A stretch of DNA of 63,337 bases, the filler included, from Atractiella rhizophila (lineage: Eukaryota), in assembly GCA_021432655.1 (NCBI GenBank). It is 34 parts of 34 records of this genome, joined end to end, with 100 filler letters (N's around TTAATTAATTAA, not from the genome) between each part and the next. Parts side by side here need not be neighbours in the genome. Positions count along the whole stretch, not along the records: positions 24,891 to 26,679 come from MU272862.1; positions 26,780 to 28,549 come from MU272863.1; positions 28,650 to 30,409 come from MU272864.1; positions 30,510 to 32,266 come from MU272865.1; positions 32,367 to 34,120 come from MU272866.1; positions 34,221 to 35,973 come from MU272867.1; positions 36,074 to 37,826 come from MU272868.1; positions 37,927 to 39,678 come from MU272869.1; 26 more parts are not named here. One strand, written 5' to 3'. Under the pieces are notes generated by a model. The model saw only the letters and a list, made by a program, of their open reading frames with translations, had not been told where the DNA came from and ran no database searches. The position numbers and the translations under genes were made by a program. Below, one piece after another: positions 25,851 through 39,575 of the stretch. Each line of letters starts with the position of its first letter. Positions within the stretch are counted from its first letter, which is position 1.

Positions 25851-26779
25851 GGCACGAAGGTGCTTCCCGCTCAAAGTTACACAACCACTTACTCCCCCTT
25901 TTAACTCTTTTCTATTTCTACTCCAATACACTCACTATTGAATTTCTGATTTCTCAGTCTCAGCGTTTTGAGCTCTTCAGTTATCTAAACCGTTTAATAT
26001 TTTATATATCATTTAATAACTTCGACCTCTCTACTCCCCAGCTATAATGCCCTTCATAACTCCTGACTTTAGCATTGAATGGAAGCGTGAATTAGGTTTC
26101 CTTCCACGAACTGACTACCGTCCCCTCCTCATACGACAGCCCAATCGCTCAGGTTACGATCTTGTCCCTAATACAAAGCGTTCTGAGCTCCTCCTCAACT
26201 CTACAGTCCTGTCTCATGATCCCAAACCGAATCCTCCTCCTCCTTCCTCCCAAGCGGCCATTCTTGTGCCAAAGACATGGTCAGAACTAAAAGGAATCAG
26301 GAAAAAAACAGCTCTCCTTTTAATCCTACTCGAGATCATGGGAGGAGACACCATCCCCCAGGCTTTCGTAAAGAAGACAAAGAAGATTGGGGAGTCCCAT
26401 GACTATATTGCCTTATGGTCAGCTTCAAAAGGATCCTTATACAAGGTACTAGGAACCAGGAACCTCCATCATTCCCAATGCCATCATATGAGGAACTGAT
26501 GGGCTGTGACGACGCTCACTGGAAAGATTTCATTGACAAGGTCAACATCATTACCACGACATGCAACTGACTGATATAAATAGGTCGATGCTTTTCAAAG
26601 GTTCCAAGGAGAAAGTCCTTTGCCAATGAGTGGAACCAAGGAGCAACGCTTAAATTGATTTGTCACCTTCTTAGAGCTCNNNNNNNNNNNNNNNNNNNNN
26701 NNNNNNNNNNNNNNNNNNNNNNNTTAATTAATTAANNNNNNNNNNNNNNNNNNNNNNNNNNNNNNNNNNNNNNNNNNNN

Positions 26780-27740
26780 GGCTGATGTTTCTTGGTCGAG
26801 CCGATGTGTGAGGATCGCAATTTCATCTCTTGCAGCAGAGAGGCCCTCTTGTAACTTTCCCACTTCCTCGGGGTCAGATAACGGTGGTGGTGTGACGACA
26901 GAAATAATTGATGGCTCTGGTGTAGAAGAGCTCATTCGGAGGGAGCTAGAGAATGAGCGGAGGAGAGCTGGGAGAGAAAGGTGAGACTGAGACGAATTGG
27001 ACAGCTGGTACTCCGTGCTCCTGATCGAATGTGTAGGTGACGACGGCAGGTCTTCTCCCGATACGCTCTTCTCAGTCTGCATGACTTCTTTCTGTTCCTC
27101 TTCCTCCTTCTCCTTCTCGCGATCCTTCACATCCTTCAACTTCTGCTCCAACGTTCTTACGAGCTTGGCATATTCCCCCACAACCTTCTCAAGCTCCTTT
27201 TTCTGCCTCTCTACAACCTCTTTCTCCTTCATCTCCTTCTTATGCTCCTCGAAAGTCAAACGGTAGTGCTCCTTCTCCCTCAGTGCATCATTCGCCTTCC
27301 TTTCGAGTGCATTCAGCTGCGTTTGGAAGTCTGCAGACGCATCCGTAAGGGTTGAGTGTTGCGCGGTCAATCGAGCGTGCACAAGTGTCAGTTCATTTAG
27401 AGACGTGAGGTTGTTAGCAGCATCTCGTTCAGCAAGCAGACAAATTTGCCTGCATGCGTCGCCAACACATTCCAAATGATCAGTTTTTACTTTATTTCAT
27501 GAAGTGAGAGTAATACTCATACCTTAGAGCGTCGACTTCATCCTCTACTATCTTCCTGAGGTCGGCTTCGCGCTGCAGCTCGTCTTGAAGCTGCTTTATT
27601 CGGTGCTGTTGCAAATCATCAGAGCTGAATGCCTCAGAGGCTTGAAGCTTTTCAACCGTCTGTTGGAGCGATAAAAGAGCTAGAGTGTATGGATGGTTTG
27701 ATATCGATGTGCCTGGCGAAGTGGAAGCCTCAGTCATGGC
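26780..27740 (-). CDS. Hypothetical coiled-coil protein, 3' truncated
   Basis: Two long E/K/Q/L-rich heptad ORFs separated by a GTATGA...GCAG intron near 27450-27522. Confidence 0.55.
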
Positions 27741-30509
27741 CGTTGACGAGTGTGTTGCATAGGGTTCGGACAAATAATGCATGTACGGAACCATATGCAC
27801 ACTAACATCAAAGACGTTTAAGATTGAATCATTATTCTCCCTTGATAAACCCATAAATTCATGTCTTGCTCTGGTCCTGTTACTCCTAATCTATGTTACA
27901 TGTGCCTGGCGCTGCCTCTCGTTCATGCCGGAAGCACATATTGAGTCTCTTCATTATTTCCATACTAAAGACGGAGTCACTGCGAGAAAGCTAGATTTTC
28001 AATGTTTCCACTTTGCTGGACTTTAACACAGAGTTAGAAACATCCAACGGAGCCTAGCTACTGAATCGACCTCAGACATTTTGCAGTGTCTTGACTGCAA
28101 GGACCCTTTGACGGGAAGCCATCCCTATTTTGACGCCATAAGGAACCCTTCCTGACGCAGATGGGTTGCCCTATACAGTTGCATGCTCCAGTCGCTCCAG
28201 TCATAGCACCTCTGGGATGTTTAGCTTGGCAATACTATGTCGAAGACGTTCCAGTTTTATCGAATATATTGACATGTATCCACTAGACATTTTACAACTA
28301 CATCTCACTGTCCCTCTCATTCGCTCTTCTCCAGTATCTGGGGCATTGGAGGAGGTATTAAGAACAATGCTCTTTTGCGTGACTTTGGTTTTAACTTCAA
28401 ACCTGGCTATGAATGGCTTCCACTTATGGACGAGTCGATTTTCTCTTTGAAAAACATCATGGTCTTACGGTGCACCGTGCGCCGGCTTTCTCACATATCA
28501 TGCTTCAGCCCCTCCCGAACCACCTTAGAGTGCTCGAACTAGCTTGTTTNNNNNNNNNNNNNNNNNNNNNNNNNNNNNNNNNNNNNNNNNNNNTTAATTA
28601 ATTAANNNNNNNNNNNNNNNNNNNNNNNNNNNNNNNNNNNNNNNNNNNNGTTGAAGTACTTATCTGATTCCGTGTCCAATTTCCAATCTGTCTCAGTCAT
28701 TTCTCCCTCACACACAACCACCATCTGTCTTTTACTCGTAGCATCTTTTTAATCGTTACACAGTGTTGTAGCGTGTGAGGTGAGTAGCCTTTTACTTTCT
28801 TACATCTTACTTATGCCAATGGGCACTCTTCAGGTTCCTTACCATTCCCCCTTTCGAGAGCCCCTGTTATCGTATAAGTGCACCCGGACTAGAAGGTAGG
28901 CTTAGGCCTTCTTAGTCCGCATTCTTGTCACTTATTTCTGTCACAGAGATACTGCTATTTGACTCTGTTCGCACCCGTTAGACGCGCCACTAGTTTTAGG
29001 TATGCTACCTTATGTTTTATGGTATTCCTAGTATCTTATGCAACTATGTGTTTTAGCATTATCACTTCACAGTCCGCTTGCCCCCTTATCGGCTCACTCC
29101 AAGTTTCGATTCGTGCCAGGTCCAAGCTCGGGTTATATCCAATCTGACTTATTCCAGAGGCTTGGAGCCGAGGGAACAAGAGATTGTGTTTTGATGGTGA
29201 ATGCCTCATCATTTACATCAGAGATGCTGGGCTTAAGTTCTTGTCACTGAAGCGCATTCACTGTCGGAAACAGTCCCAGAAAGTGTGTTGTCGCAGGCGT
29301 GGTGGTCAGATGGGCTTGAGTAGTACGGTGAATCATTGCCTGCTTCGTAGGGACCTGCTAGGATGTACAGGCTCCATCCCATCCAAGCACATTGATCAAG
29401 GTGTTCCTCTTGATCAAGGTGTTCCTCTTCTCATGATCAATTATAGAGCTTTTACGGCTAGAGCCATGAAGCTCTTCACCAAGACTGATCAAGGTCCAAC
29501 TTGCTGAAGTTGCTATTAGTGCTGCCAGTTCCAGACTCAGTTTGCTCGACTCCATCTTGATCCACGCCAGAATCAACCATGGCTCTTTGCAACACTAGCT
29601 GCAATTGCTGGTTCTCCATTCTTCCGCTAAGGCAGATGACTTCGACCCTGAGGGATTTATTGTCGACTTTGAGGAGGACGTCACCCTCGAGCACGCTCAT
29701 TCGTCCGTTAAGGGCAGTGTTTTCAGGACCCTGTTTTCGGACCATAAAGGATACATCGGTGTGGCGGAGGGGCGGCGGGCAAGGAGGAGCACAGATCGTA
29801 GAAAACTGATCTACAGGAGATGGCCGCAACATGACCCTGAGCAGGGTTAAAAGGAGTCTGATGGAACTGATCGATGGGTTGTGTCACAACAAATAAGTCA
29901 AACCCTATACGTTGGCTCAACTTCCCGTGCTTTTACAAAAGCTTTTAAGGACACTAACCTTGTTCGTTTCTTTCTTTCACGCCTTCGATTTGAACAGCTT
30001 TGTGGTTGGTCGAAATCACGACATGGACCCTGACCGGCCTCTGCGCTCATCCTTCCCGGCTGCTCCACGCTCCTCGCGAAAGAAAGCTTTCCACAAACGG
30101 CGCTTTTTCCTACAACTGAGGCGAATGGCGGCAGCGCATGTAAGGACGATGACGACACGAATCTTCATCTTCCGTTGATGGATCATGGACTGTGATCGTT
30201 GGATCAGAAAGCACACATCCTGAGGTCCATACCTCATTTTGGAGATACCAGATGGTTTGTTGGACTGAGCATTCGTTGCGACAGTCGATTACAAGACCCT
30301 GATTGCATTTCCTCTGCCAATTTCTTCCCTCCATACTTCCTTCCTCTTTTTCTGGGATGAGATGGTGATTGCTTCCATGTACACATCTCAGTATGTTCCC
30401 CATTAGACANNNNNNNNNNNNNNNNNNNNNNNNNNNNNNNNNNNNNNNNNNNNTTAATTAATTAANNNNNNNNNNNNNNNNNNNNNNNNNNNNNNNNNNN
30501 NNNNNNNNN

Positions 30510-31978
30510 TGAGTAGGGCCCAGAAGATGTCGTCGAGTCCGTTCCGGAGCAAGGTGTTCATGAACGGGGGGAAGATCATGGAGAGGGCGTAAATCCAGGA
30601 GGAAGTGACTAGGACAAATTTGGTTCCCCTGCGTATTTGGAACCAGGGGAAGAAAAGGAGTTGCCAGAGAGCTTGACAGATTCCTGTTAGCGATAACAGG
30701 ACCAAGATCTGAGCCGGAGAGAATCCGAAGCCTCCAAGCTAGTCCCGTCCGGATCCTGAGCTGCTTTGAACCCGTCTGAGAGGAAAAGGGGTGACGAACA
30801 GGCACGGAAGTGAACCAGAAGACGGAGATGATGGCAGTGAAACCGAATGCGACGATGAGGATGTTGACCTGCAATCCGACGACATGCACAACGCCTGGAA
30901 CCTTGAGGAGAGAAAGGACACTTGGATCTTTCTCCTTCATCTCTCCCTTATTGGGAGGCAGCGTCTGGCACTTCATCGCTCAGCAGGCACGACGGGGGAA
31001 TGACGAAGGGAAGGACGGACCTCTTTTAGGAAGAACAGACTTGCCAAAGTCGCCGCGTAGCCCATGCCGCCAGCGAAGAAGCAGGGCAGAGCATACGGAT
31101 GCTCACGGATGATGGAAATGCGCTGGAAGATGCCTCCAACGTTGGTGGGAGCGTCCGCCAGGGAACCTCCAATGAGAGGACCGAGAGTGATGCCGATGTT
31201 GCCTGCGTGATAATTGCATCAGTCGAGAGTGCGTTGTATGGACGGAGAGATCTGGATCGAGAAGAGACAACGAACGCGCAAACGCCCATAGGGAGAAAGC
31301 GCGGGCTTGAGTCTTCTTCGTGCTGTTTTCTCTCACCATTGTCCTTACCGTGCTGCACAATCGGCGTTACCATCAACTCGGTACACTGGAAGAGGAGGAA
31401 GAAAGTACACCGCGGTACCTGCGAAGATTCCGGCGAGACAACGGAATATGATCATGCTCTTGATATCATTTGCGAGTCCAAAAAAGAGCTGAGCGGTCGA
31501 CAGTCCGAGCATGGAGATTACGAGCACGGGTTTGCGTCCTATGCGATCGGAGAGGAGGCCCCATGGTATCATGACGAACACTTGTGTGAGGGAGAAGAGT
31601 GATTCCTGGAAGTATCAAACAACAATGACACATGAGAAGAAGAAAAGTCGCAAAGGAGGAACGTACAATCAACCCAGCCCAGAATCCAACCTTGGCCTCC
31701 TCAATTCCTCCCACCTTAACAATCATCTCGCTGATGAAGGGAAAGATGATGAAGAACGTGACGCTCTCGATAAACTTGCAAGCGGCGAGCAGACTGATCT
31801 GAACCTTTGGCAGGGGCTTGTCCTCTTCAGAAACGGGGGCTGAGGGACCTATTCCATCAACGCCCACGCTTTCTGCAGCGAAGGCAGAGGCGTCAGACAC
31901 CATAGGATCATGGGCATCGACTACTGTGGATGAGGACTCGCTGGAGCCTGAGAGGAGGGGGGTATGTTCGGTAGCCAT
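30510..31978 (-). CDS. MFS transporter (DHA1/TCR-like), 3' truncated
   Basis: MATEHTPLL, PLPKVQI, IFPFISEMI, VGFWAGLI, motif A WGLLSDRIGRKPVL, FRCLAGIFAG, several TM segments; multi-exon. Confidence 0.92.
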
Positions 31979-32366
31979 TGCGTTGCGGTCGTATGCCCAG
32001 GAAGATCGTGCTCAGGCTCCTTATAACACGAGAGACAGTAAGCTGTCCGCGGCCTAAATAGGGATGGCTGCCGAATCGGATCGAATCGGAATGGCCATCT
32101 CCGGTTCGTGGCGGCTACGAAACCCGACACAAATCGTATCGACACATTGGGCTTCCTTATCCTTTTCCTTTTTCCTTACCTCTAAAAGCCATCCGTTCTT
32201 GGCATGAGTCATAAAACGCACTTTTGAGCGTTCATACCACCTTCAGCAGGCACATTGAAACGAAATNNNNNNNNNNNNNNNNNNNNNNNNNNNNNNNNNN
32301 NNNNNNNNNNTTAATTAATTAANNNNNNNNNNNNNNNNNNNNNNNNNNNNNNNNNNNNNNNNNNNN

Positions 32367-34120
32367 GTAACGCCAGCATCTGGATGATCATCTGCTTCCG
32401 TCTGGATTTCGAAGACATGGACTGGTGCGATGTTGTTCGATTCCATATCCCAGACGCGAGCGGTACGATCTCCTGAACCAGAAACAAGACGGTGACCGCT
32501 GGGAGAGAACGCGAGAGCGTAGATTTCGGAGATGTGACCAACAAATGTGCGGACTGCCTGTCGAGTTTGCATATCCCACACCTAAAATCGGTGTATTGAG
32601 TAACCGCAAAAGAGTTTGATGAGGAAGGAGCGGATACCCTAATGGTGCGATCCTCAGATCCTGTAGCTAGCAACCGGCCGTCTGGTGAGAAGCAGATGCT
32701 TCGGACATAATTGTCACCATTTCTATCCGATGTCGGTTCATGGTTGAATATGCTGTTCTCCAATTTATTATCCTAGATCACATCTGAAGCGCTTATGAAC
32801 TCACTGTGTTCGGACACCAGTTTGCGTGTCATAAAGATAGACGGATTTATTACACCCGACGGCCAACAGTTTACCATCGGGCGAAAAATGAACACAGCAA
32901 ACCACACTGTCCAACACAAATCTCAGCCCGCATTACATTAAGAAAGTGGAGAAGGCGAACCTATCCATCGTGAAGTTGTGGAGGCTGTCGACATCTAAAG
33001 CCTTGACCACCTGTCGATTAAACTGGGCGAACCAGTTGTCCCCCTGCTGACTATAATCTTCCATCCCTACATGGTTCGCTGTCGCTTCTTCCGCAAGACC
33101 AGTGGATCCATTACTGGACCTCGTCGGATTAGGTTGTGAAGTGGGTGGTTGAACCATCTGACCGCTATACCTATGTCGATGGGAAGATTCTTCGTTCACC
33201 TGATAAGAATGAGGAGAGTGAGCTGTCGAGCTAGATGAGGGTCGGGCGGGTTGGATTTCCGGTGGGATCGGAGGCGGGGCAATGCTATTTACATGCATGG
33301 GGGGAAAATGGGAGTGAGGTTGGGATTGGGATTGGGTAGAACCATACATGGCGGGCTGACTACTCGATGGCCCGGTCAGGGATGACTGGCGGTTGGCGGC
33401 GTACGGTGTTGGCTGTGTGAGTTGGCCTAACAACGACAGGAAGGTGCAATTAGTGACGAAGTTCGGAATGGAGGTAGGGAAAGAGGAATGGAACGGAAGC
33501 AACGGAATCGAATGGAGTAAACAATAATTCCATGAGCTATCTCTCCTCGATCTTTACAAGAAGTGAAAGTAAGAAAAATGGACGGCTTGAATTCACTTTT
33601 GGATAGCGTGGGAGTGGTAAGCAATGGATTTGAAGTGGACATCTGAGAAGAAAAACATTTTACAAAAACTCCCGTTCCTGTCGAATGATGTCAGCAAGAC
33701 TTCATTTCTCTAACTGAGACGTTGGATAGACGATGGATAATGATACAAGGTAGTAATTTTCCAGCCAAAGAGACAAACAAAACCGTGGTGCAGAAAAAAG
33801 GTTCACCACTCTGCTCGAACATTACTATTTTGATGAACGCTGTGCGCACCGGGTTCTTTCTCTCTCCCACCTTTTCCTGAACTACTTCCACTCCCCTTTA
33901 TCATCGAGGACGAGGGAGGCAGAGGGTGATGGCTCGCAGAGCTGTGCGGACGGCCCATTGCGAGTCCAGGAGGCATACCGTTCGAATAAGGGGGAGCAGG
34001 CATCGCATCTCTACCAGGAAGGGCTGGGTCTGTCCGCATCCTCTTGTTCGGAAGGTCAGGTTCTTGCTCCCTCTCCCTCTCCCTTCTGTCGCGAGGGTGT
34101 GCGTCTTCTATTCGAGTGGC
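32367..34120 (-). CDS. TUP1: Tup1-like WD40 transcriptional co-repressor, internal fragment
   Basis: GDNWFAQFN...[75 protein letters not shown], preceded by a Pro/Ser/Gln-rich region. Confidence 0.82.
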
Positions 34121-34280
34121 NNNNNNNNNNNNNNNNNNNNNNNNNNNNNNNNNNNNNNNNNNNNTTAATTAATTAANNNNNNNNNNNNNNNNNNNNNNNN
34201 NNNNNNNNNNNNNNNNNNNNAAAGAGAGATCGAGATTGTTAGTCTTGATATGATAGTGTGAGAAGGAGAGAGAAGAGTAC

Positions 34281-34699
34281 CGCGAGCTTTCATCCATGCT
34301 CCAACATACTTTTCAGAATCGCCTGTCTGATACGATACGGCGGTGTCTATGAAATTTCCTGTCAAGTGAAGTTACTATTCGGTTCTCGACCGTGAAACAA
34401 ATGCATACTCACCTCCTTGAGTGTAATAATGGTCAAGATAGGCGAAAGCCTCCTCTAGCGTCACTTCTCCAAAACTAGTCCAGAGTTCTTAGGGAAGAAC
34501 ACGGCTGGAGCGAGAGGCAAACTCTTTTCCCATTTTGGCTCCAAGCGACATTGCTCCCAAGCATAAAGGAGAAACTTTCAAAGGGCATTTTGGAGATAAG
34601 ACTCTATACCTCGCGAGTGGGGGGATATCCGCTTCATCCCAATAATTACATCAGTAGAGGTGGTAGTATGGGCTATTTCAACAACATACCAGAAGCCAT
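34281..34699 (-). CDS. Aryl-alcohol dehydrogenase (AAD family), N-terminal part, 3' truncated
   Basis: Spliced: PLARYRVLSPKCPLKVSPLCLGAMSLG ... AFAYLDHYYTQGGNFIDTAVSYQTGDSEKYVGAWMKARG. Confidence 0.9.
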
Positions 34700-35274
34700 T
34701 TCTTTCTTCTTTCGCGCGCAAAGAGCTCGAGCACTTACATTTCTTCCATTAACAGCTCCCTTTTTATGTGCTCTCCCTTGTTTCCTCTCACGCACTGTGT
34801 CACCTCAGTCTCCACCTCGCCGCGCTAGCGAATTTTTCACCCGACGACGGAGACACTGATCATCCTCTCCAAATCAATGAGAGGTCCACCTCAACACCTT
34901 GGCCTACCCGAATTGGTGTTCAGTTCCATTCTTTCATTCGGAAGGCTCCAGTGACGGGGGTTCGTAAATTGATCAAGGAGCGGGGAACTTAGTGGACTCT
35001 TTCGAACCTCTGCGGGTTTGGTGTTTCCAGCATTTTACATAGACACACATGGAATCTGGAAACTATTTTCCTGAGCTTTTGAACCCGCAGGCTGTTCCTC
35101 CAACTCGCCATCCCACCAAGTATTGAAATCGTGACGGGAACAAGGTCAACTTTCACGGTGATAGTGTTGGGAAGACAACTCCTTTGGTCACTCCTAGTGA
35201 TCAGTAGATGTCAGAAAGATGCAACATACAACATTCCACTTCTATGAAGTCTAACCGAATGACACAAATGACAA

Positions 35275-35973
35275 TCAATGAGAATTTCCCCCCTCATTAT
35301 CAAGCAATCCTACACCAATGAAACCTCCCAGCACGAGTGCAGCGCCAAAGAAGAACATGGTTCCGCCGACAGGGATGCCCCTCGCGAGGTCTCCAATCAC
35401 TACTCCCAGGTACTGTCATTGAGTTTCAGGGGCTCTGAGCGGAGAGAGACGAACCAGCAAGTGGAATAGTAAGAGACAGGCCGAGAGTGACTCCAACAGG
35501 GCTAGTCAAGAGGAGCGCTTTGACGTAGACGAGATCGGAGACGAAAGTTATAGAGGAATTGATAGCGATCGAGGTCCAGAGCTTTGAACCTTGAGGGAGA
35601 ACAAAGCGTTCGATTTGGAGGTAGTGGAGAAGAGGGATGATGGGGAAGAGGAGGAGGATGTTGTATAGTCCTACAAAGCCGAAGAAGAGTGACATCTTGA
35701 TTTGAGATGGATGCGGGATTCGTACTTTGAGGAGGGTCACATAAACTAGGTAATATATTGCCTGAGTATGCTGTATGGGAAGGATGAAAACAGGACGCAC
35801 GTGCATAGATGAATGCTGAGAGCAGAGCGAGGAGGTCTCCAAGTAGGGGATGAGGTGCGGAAGGCGTTCCCTCACCTCGAGAAAGGATGTCATGATCTGC
35901 TTCAACTGGTGTTTCTATAAGAGGCGTGATCGAAGTATCTGATTTGGAGACGAGGATCACTCCCAGTACACTT
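35275..35973 (-). CDS. SLC35F/THI74-like (EamA/DMT) transporter, 5' truncated
   Basis: GVILVSKSD, LLGDLLALLSA, MSLFFGFVGLYNILLL, LLLTSPVGVTLGLSLTIPLA, GAALVLGGF. Confidence 0.88.
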
Positions 35974-37926
35974 NNNNNNNNNNNNNNNNNNNNNNNNNNN
36001 NNNNNNNNNNNNNNNNNTTAATTAATTAANNNNNNNNNNNNNNNNNNNNNNNNNNNNNNNNNNNNNNNNNNNNGGGTTATTGAGGTGGCTGGGAAGAACG
36101 AATATATCGCCTGGGGCTGCTTCAGCACCGCGAGGCAGCTCTTTATAAGAGTGAAACGCAGAATGAGAATCGGTGACCATCTCCTCGCGATTCCTGCTTC
36201 GATGAACTACAAAGAAAGTTCAGGACACTCTGACATGCGAAAGGACGTGGTATATCCAGATTGACGCGGTTCGAACTCCGAACTCAGACTATCCGGTGCG
36301 ACGGTAACCGGCTCCACCCCGACCAGGACATATCAAAACTCGATAGAAACATGCATATGAGAAACACAGCTCGAAAGTTGAGTCGAAGGAGGGTGGTCTC
36401 CTTTCTTCTTCATGTACATCACAGGGTAAATCAGAAGGGAGCGGGAAGAAAGGATCGCTTGAAACACCACCTTTCCCCGACACTTTTGACACAATTGTCC
36501 CCTAATCAGGATTGAACTAGTTGTTGGCTGCAAGAACATACGTGAAGATGAGGCGCTTTGCCACGAAAAGCCGGGGGAGAAGGCACTCTCGGAGGTTCAT
36601 TCTGCGATAACTCTAAAGCAAAAAGCAAAAGCAACACTTGGGAGCACTCCGGACTACTTGCCAAAACAAGTAAGCACCTGTTCATGGAAGAGGCTTGGAG
36701 ATCTGGTTGGACACTACGTGATGCCGGGAAATTCATACATAGTCACCTCCCACCTGTATCAATGGTCCATCTCGGTGCACCGTGCACCCTGAAATCTTGG
36801 AGTAACTCTTTCATCTTTTCAAGTGCATGCCGATCAGCACGATCTGGCTAAATCGAGCACACTGGAGGCTTCCAGCCTTAGACTCGGACCAAACCAGAAA
36901 AAAATAGCCGTGCACCTGGTGCACCTGCGGGACAAGTCAGCTCCTCCTTGTCAGCCCGTTGCTCCCTGCGCCGTTGGTATGATCATCCATAAAGCAAGCG
37001 AAGCTGGAAGACGTTTGCCCATCACAACTTCTCAATCTGATCGAATTCCGGAATCAAAACGGGAGGAGGATCTCGTCTAGCTTGGAAGAAGGCAGAATGT
37101 AGTAAATCTTGATAAGTTAACAATTACTAGAACGGCGTCGATTCAAGTTGATATCCCCATTTGTCGTCACTGCTCTCCATGTCAGCAGGGTCATCCATTG
37201 TGAGAGGCAAGAGTGGGAGACGGGAGACGGGAGCAGAAGAGACAATTGAATGCTTCCGTTCCTCTCGATACAGCCTGCCTTCGAAAATGCAAAGAAATTA
37301 GCAAGTTGCAACCGAAGTTTCAAAGATATACAAGGAGGGACTGGAAACATCAAGCCAATTTCGGGGAAGATTGGTGACGCCACTCTCAGCACAGAATCTA
37401 AAGGGACAAAGTATGTAGACATCGACTTGGACAGCTCCTTTTCGCAAACACCTGTAATGATTATACTAACAATCTCATTCTTTCATTACAGTTGAGCCCA
37501 AGATGTTGCTCTCGCTCATTTTACCACAGAAAAAAAAATCCTTCCTCGCTATATAGCTGCCCATCAGAAAGCAACGTTGCCGACCTAGGGTTCCCGAGAA
37601 AACTTTGCCTTCCTGCAAAGAATATAGTTTTCAGGAAGAGCGCACAGGCCATAATGGCCGAGTCGTGCAGACCAAAATTGACTCCTGTAACTGTCAAGAA
37701 GAAACGGAAGCAGGCGCTAACGCTGAATATCACGCACATGGATTCCCTCTCCTGAAGAACATCCAGGTCTTAATCCAGCTCAAGCAGGGCATACATTTAT
37801 CGCTCCAGTGAAAGAAGGACGGAAAGNNNNNNNNNNNNNNNNNNNNNNNNNNNNNNNNNNNNNNNNNNNNTTAATTAATTAANNNNNNNNNNNNNNNNNN
37901 NNNNNNNNNNNNNNNNNNNNNNNNNN

Positions 37927-39575
37927 AAATGTTTCAGTACCCTTCTGCTCGTAGTGACCGTGAATAAGAAAAGCATACCGGAAGAGTGGACACATGAACA
38001 TTCTTATGGATAACCACTCTGCTGTCATCCTTGTTCGTTGTGGAAGGGGAAGACTGGTGAAAAGGGTCGTCCACCAAGATCAGTTTCCGGTACAAAAGAT
38101 TAAAGAGGAGGCAAAGCCCGTCTAAAGCAGCGGGTTAGACAACCGTTAGAGAAAGAAAGCCGTCTTACAAAGCCGTCCCAGGGATTGTCCTACAGCAGTG
38201 GACGCGTTGGTGTTGTTATTGCGTACAAAGAGAACTGCGATCAAGTATAAGTCATTTTTGTGCAAAGTGAGGGCTCACTTACTGAAAGCTGCCAATGCTG
38301 TCATGGCAGAATAAAATTAGCGCTTGCTTGCAAAGAGCGTGCAAAACGAACAGGCAAGAGATGTAACAAAACCTAGTATACATTAGCCTTAGTTACATGC
38401 ACTGCGAGTAGACATACCTGTTTCAATAGCGTGCCCAGTTATCTGCACCGTTAGCGATCGTCGATCCTCAGAAATAACCCGTCTTTTACTTTGGATGAGG
38501 TACCAGATCAAGGCGCCGCAAATGGAAATGTCTAGTTCCAAAGTGAGCTTAGAAAGTATTGTTCCCCTCAGTGAGCGGATTGCTGACCTGTGGCTGCCTT
38601 CGTGCAAAACCAAACTCTGGCAGAAGAGGATAAGCCATTTCCTTCGAATGCTCTGGCAAGGGACGACGAACATGACCTGAGGAATAATTTTATTCCTGTC
38701 CAAGTAAGACGTATATCGGAGAACGGCAACGCAGACGGCTAGAGTAGGTATCAGAGACATTGCTTTCTTAAAAAATCGCCACAGACCAATGTTTCCTCCG
38801 AACTGTGAACAATGTCAGTATCCCATAAATCGCTCGAAGACAAACATACGGAGACTAGGGTCAGTAGAGCGAGAACGATGGACACAAAGTTGTTCGAGCT
38901 TAATTGCCAGTATCTATGGCACAGGTAGGTCTGGACGATCAGGGAAGTGACAGCGGTAGAAATGAGGTAAGCTGGCGCCAGCCAGATCAGAGGCATAACG
39001 CGTAAGAGTGGAGAACGAACTTGGGATGGGCCAATGCTGGACACACGATCAGCAACAGTGTGACCCATTCGAAAGGAATAAACACACTTGCGTCGCGAGG
39101 TATGCGTCCTCTGAAGAAATGTCAATTCCCAGCAGTGTACGAGAAACCAAAACTCACGACCCCAATGCGATATGGTGTACTGTATGTTTGGTCAGTTGCG
39201 CTCGGCTTCAATTTGGAAATGCAAACATCGTAAACACCTGTCTGTTACTCAGTTTAACGACAAGCTAGGTCAAGGAAAGCACACCAATCTGGCTGGCAAT
39301 AGTACAAAGTGTGTCCGACACACCCACCTGGCATTTTCTTAGTCCTTTTTCAGATGGGATATGAAAGACCGCACCAAGACTACAGCGATCTGGAGGACAA
39401 CAAAATCGCTAGTCCATTTCTTGAAATAAAGATAGGCAAGGGCCATCTCAAATGCCCAAAGCGCTGTATTGACCCATGATCCGATCACTATTATGCCCAC
39501 AATGTCAATGTAAAGCCATTCAATGGATATAAAGTACTCACAAAGAGTACCTGCAGTATCTTCAACAAGGGTCAT
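37927..39575 (-). CDS. DUF6534-like basidiomycete multi-pass membrane protein; 3' end approximate
   Basis: IVIGSWVNTALWAFEMALAYLYF, SLIVQTYLCHRYWQLS, VWF..AATDISICGALIWYL, AIETGMST; many short introns. Confidence 0.72.

Noticed and set aside
26047..26499. 150-aa ORF as gag of a nested retroelement
   Set aside because: No zinc knuckle or other recognisable motif; left unassigned.
36074..37826. Possible multi-exon gene or element (likewise 13468-15279 and 15380-17191)
   Set aside because: Only short ORFs with no recognisable motif; needs a translated database search.
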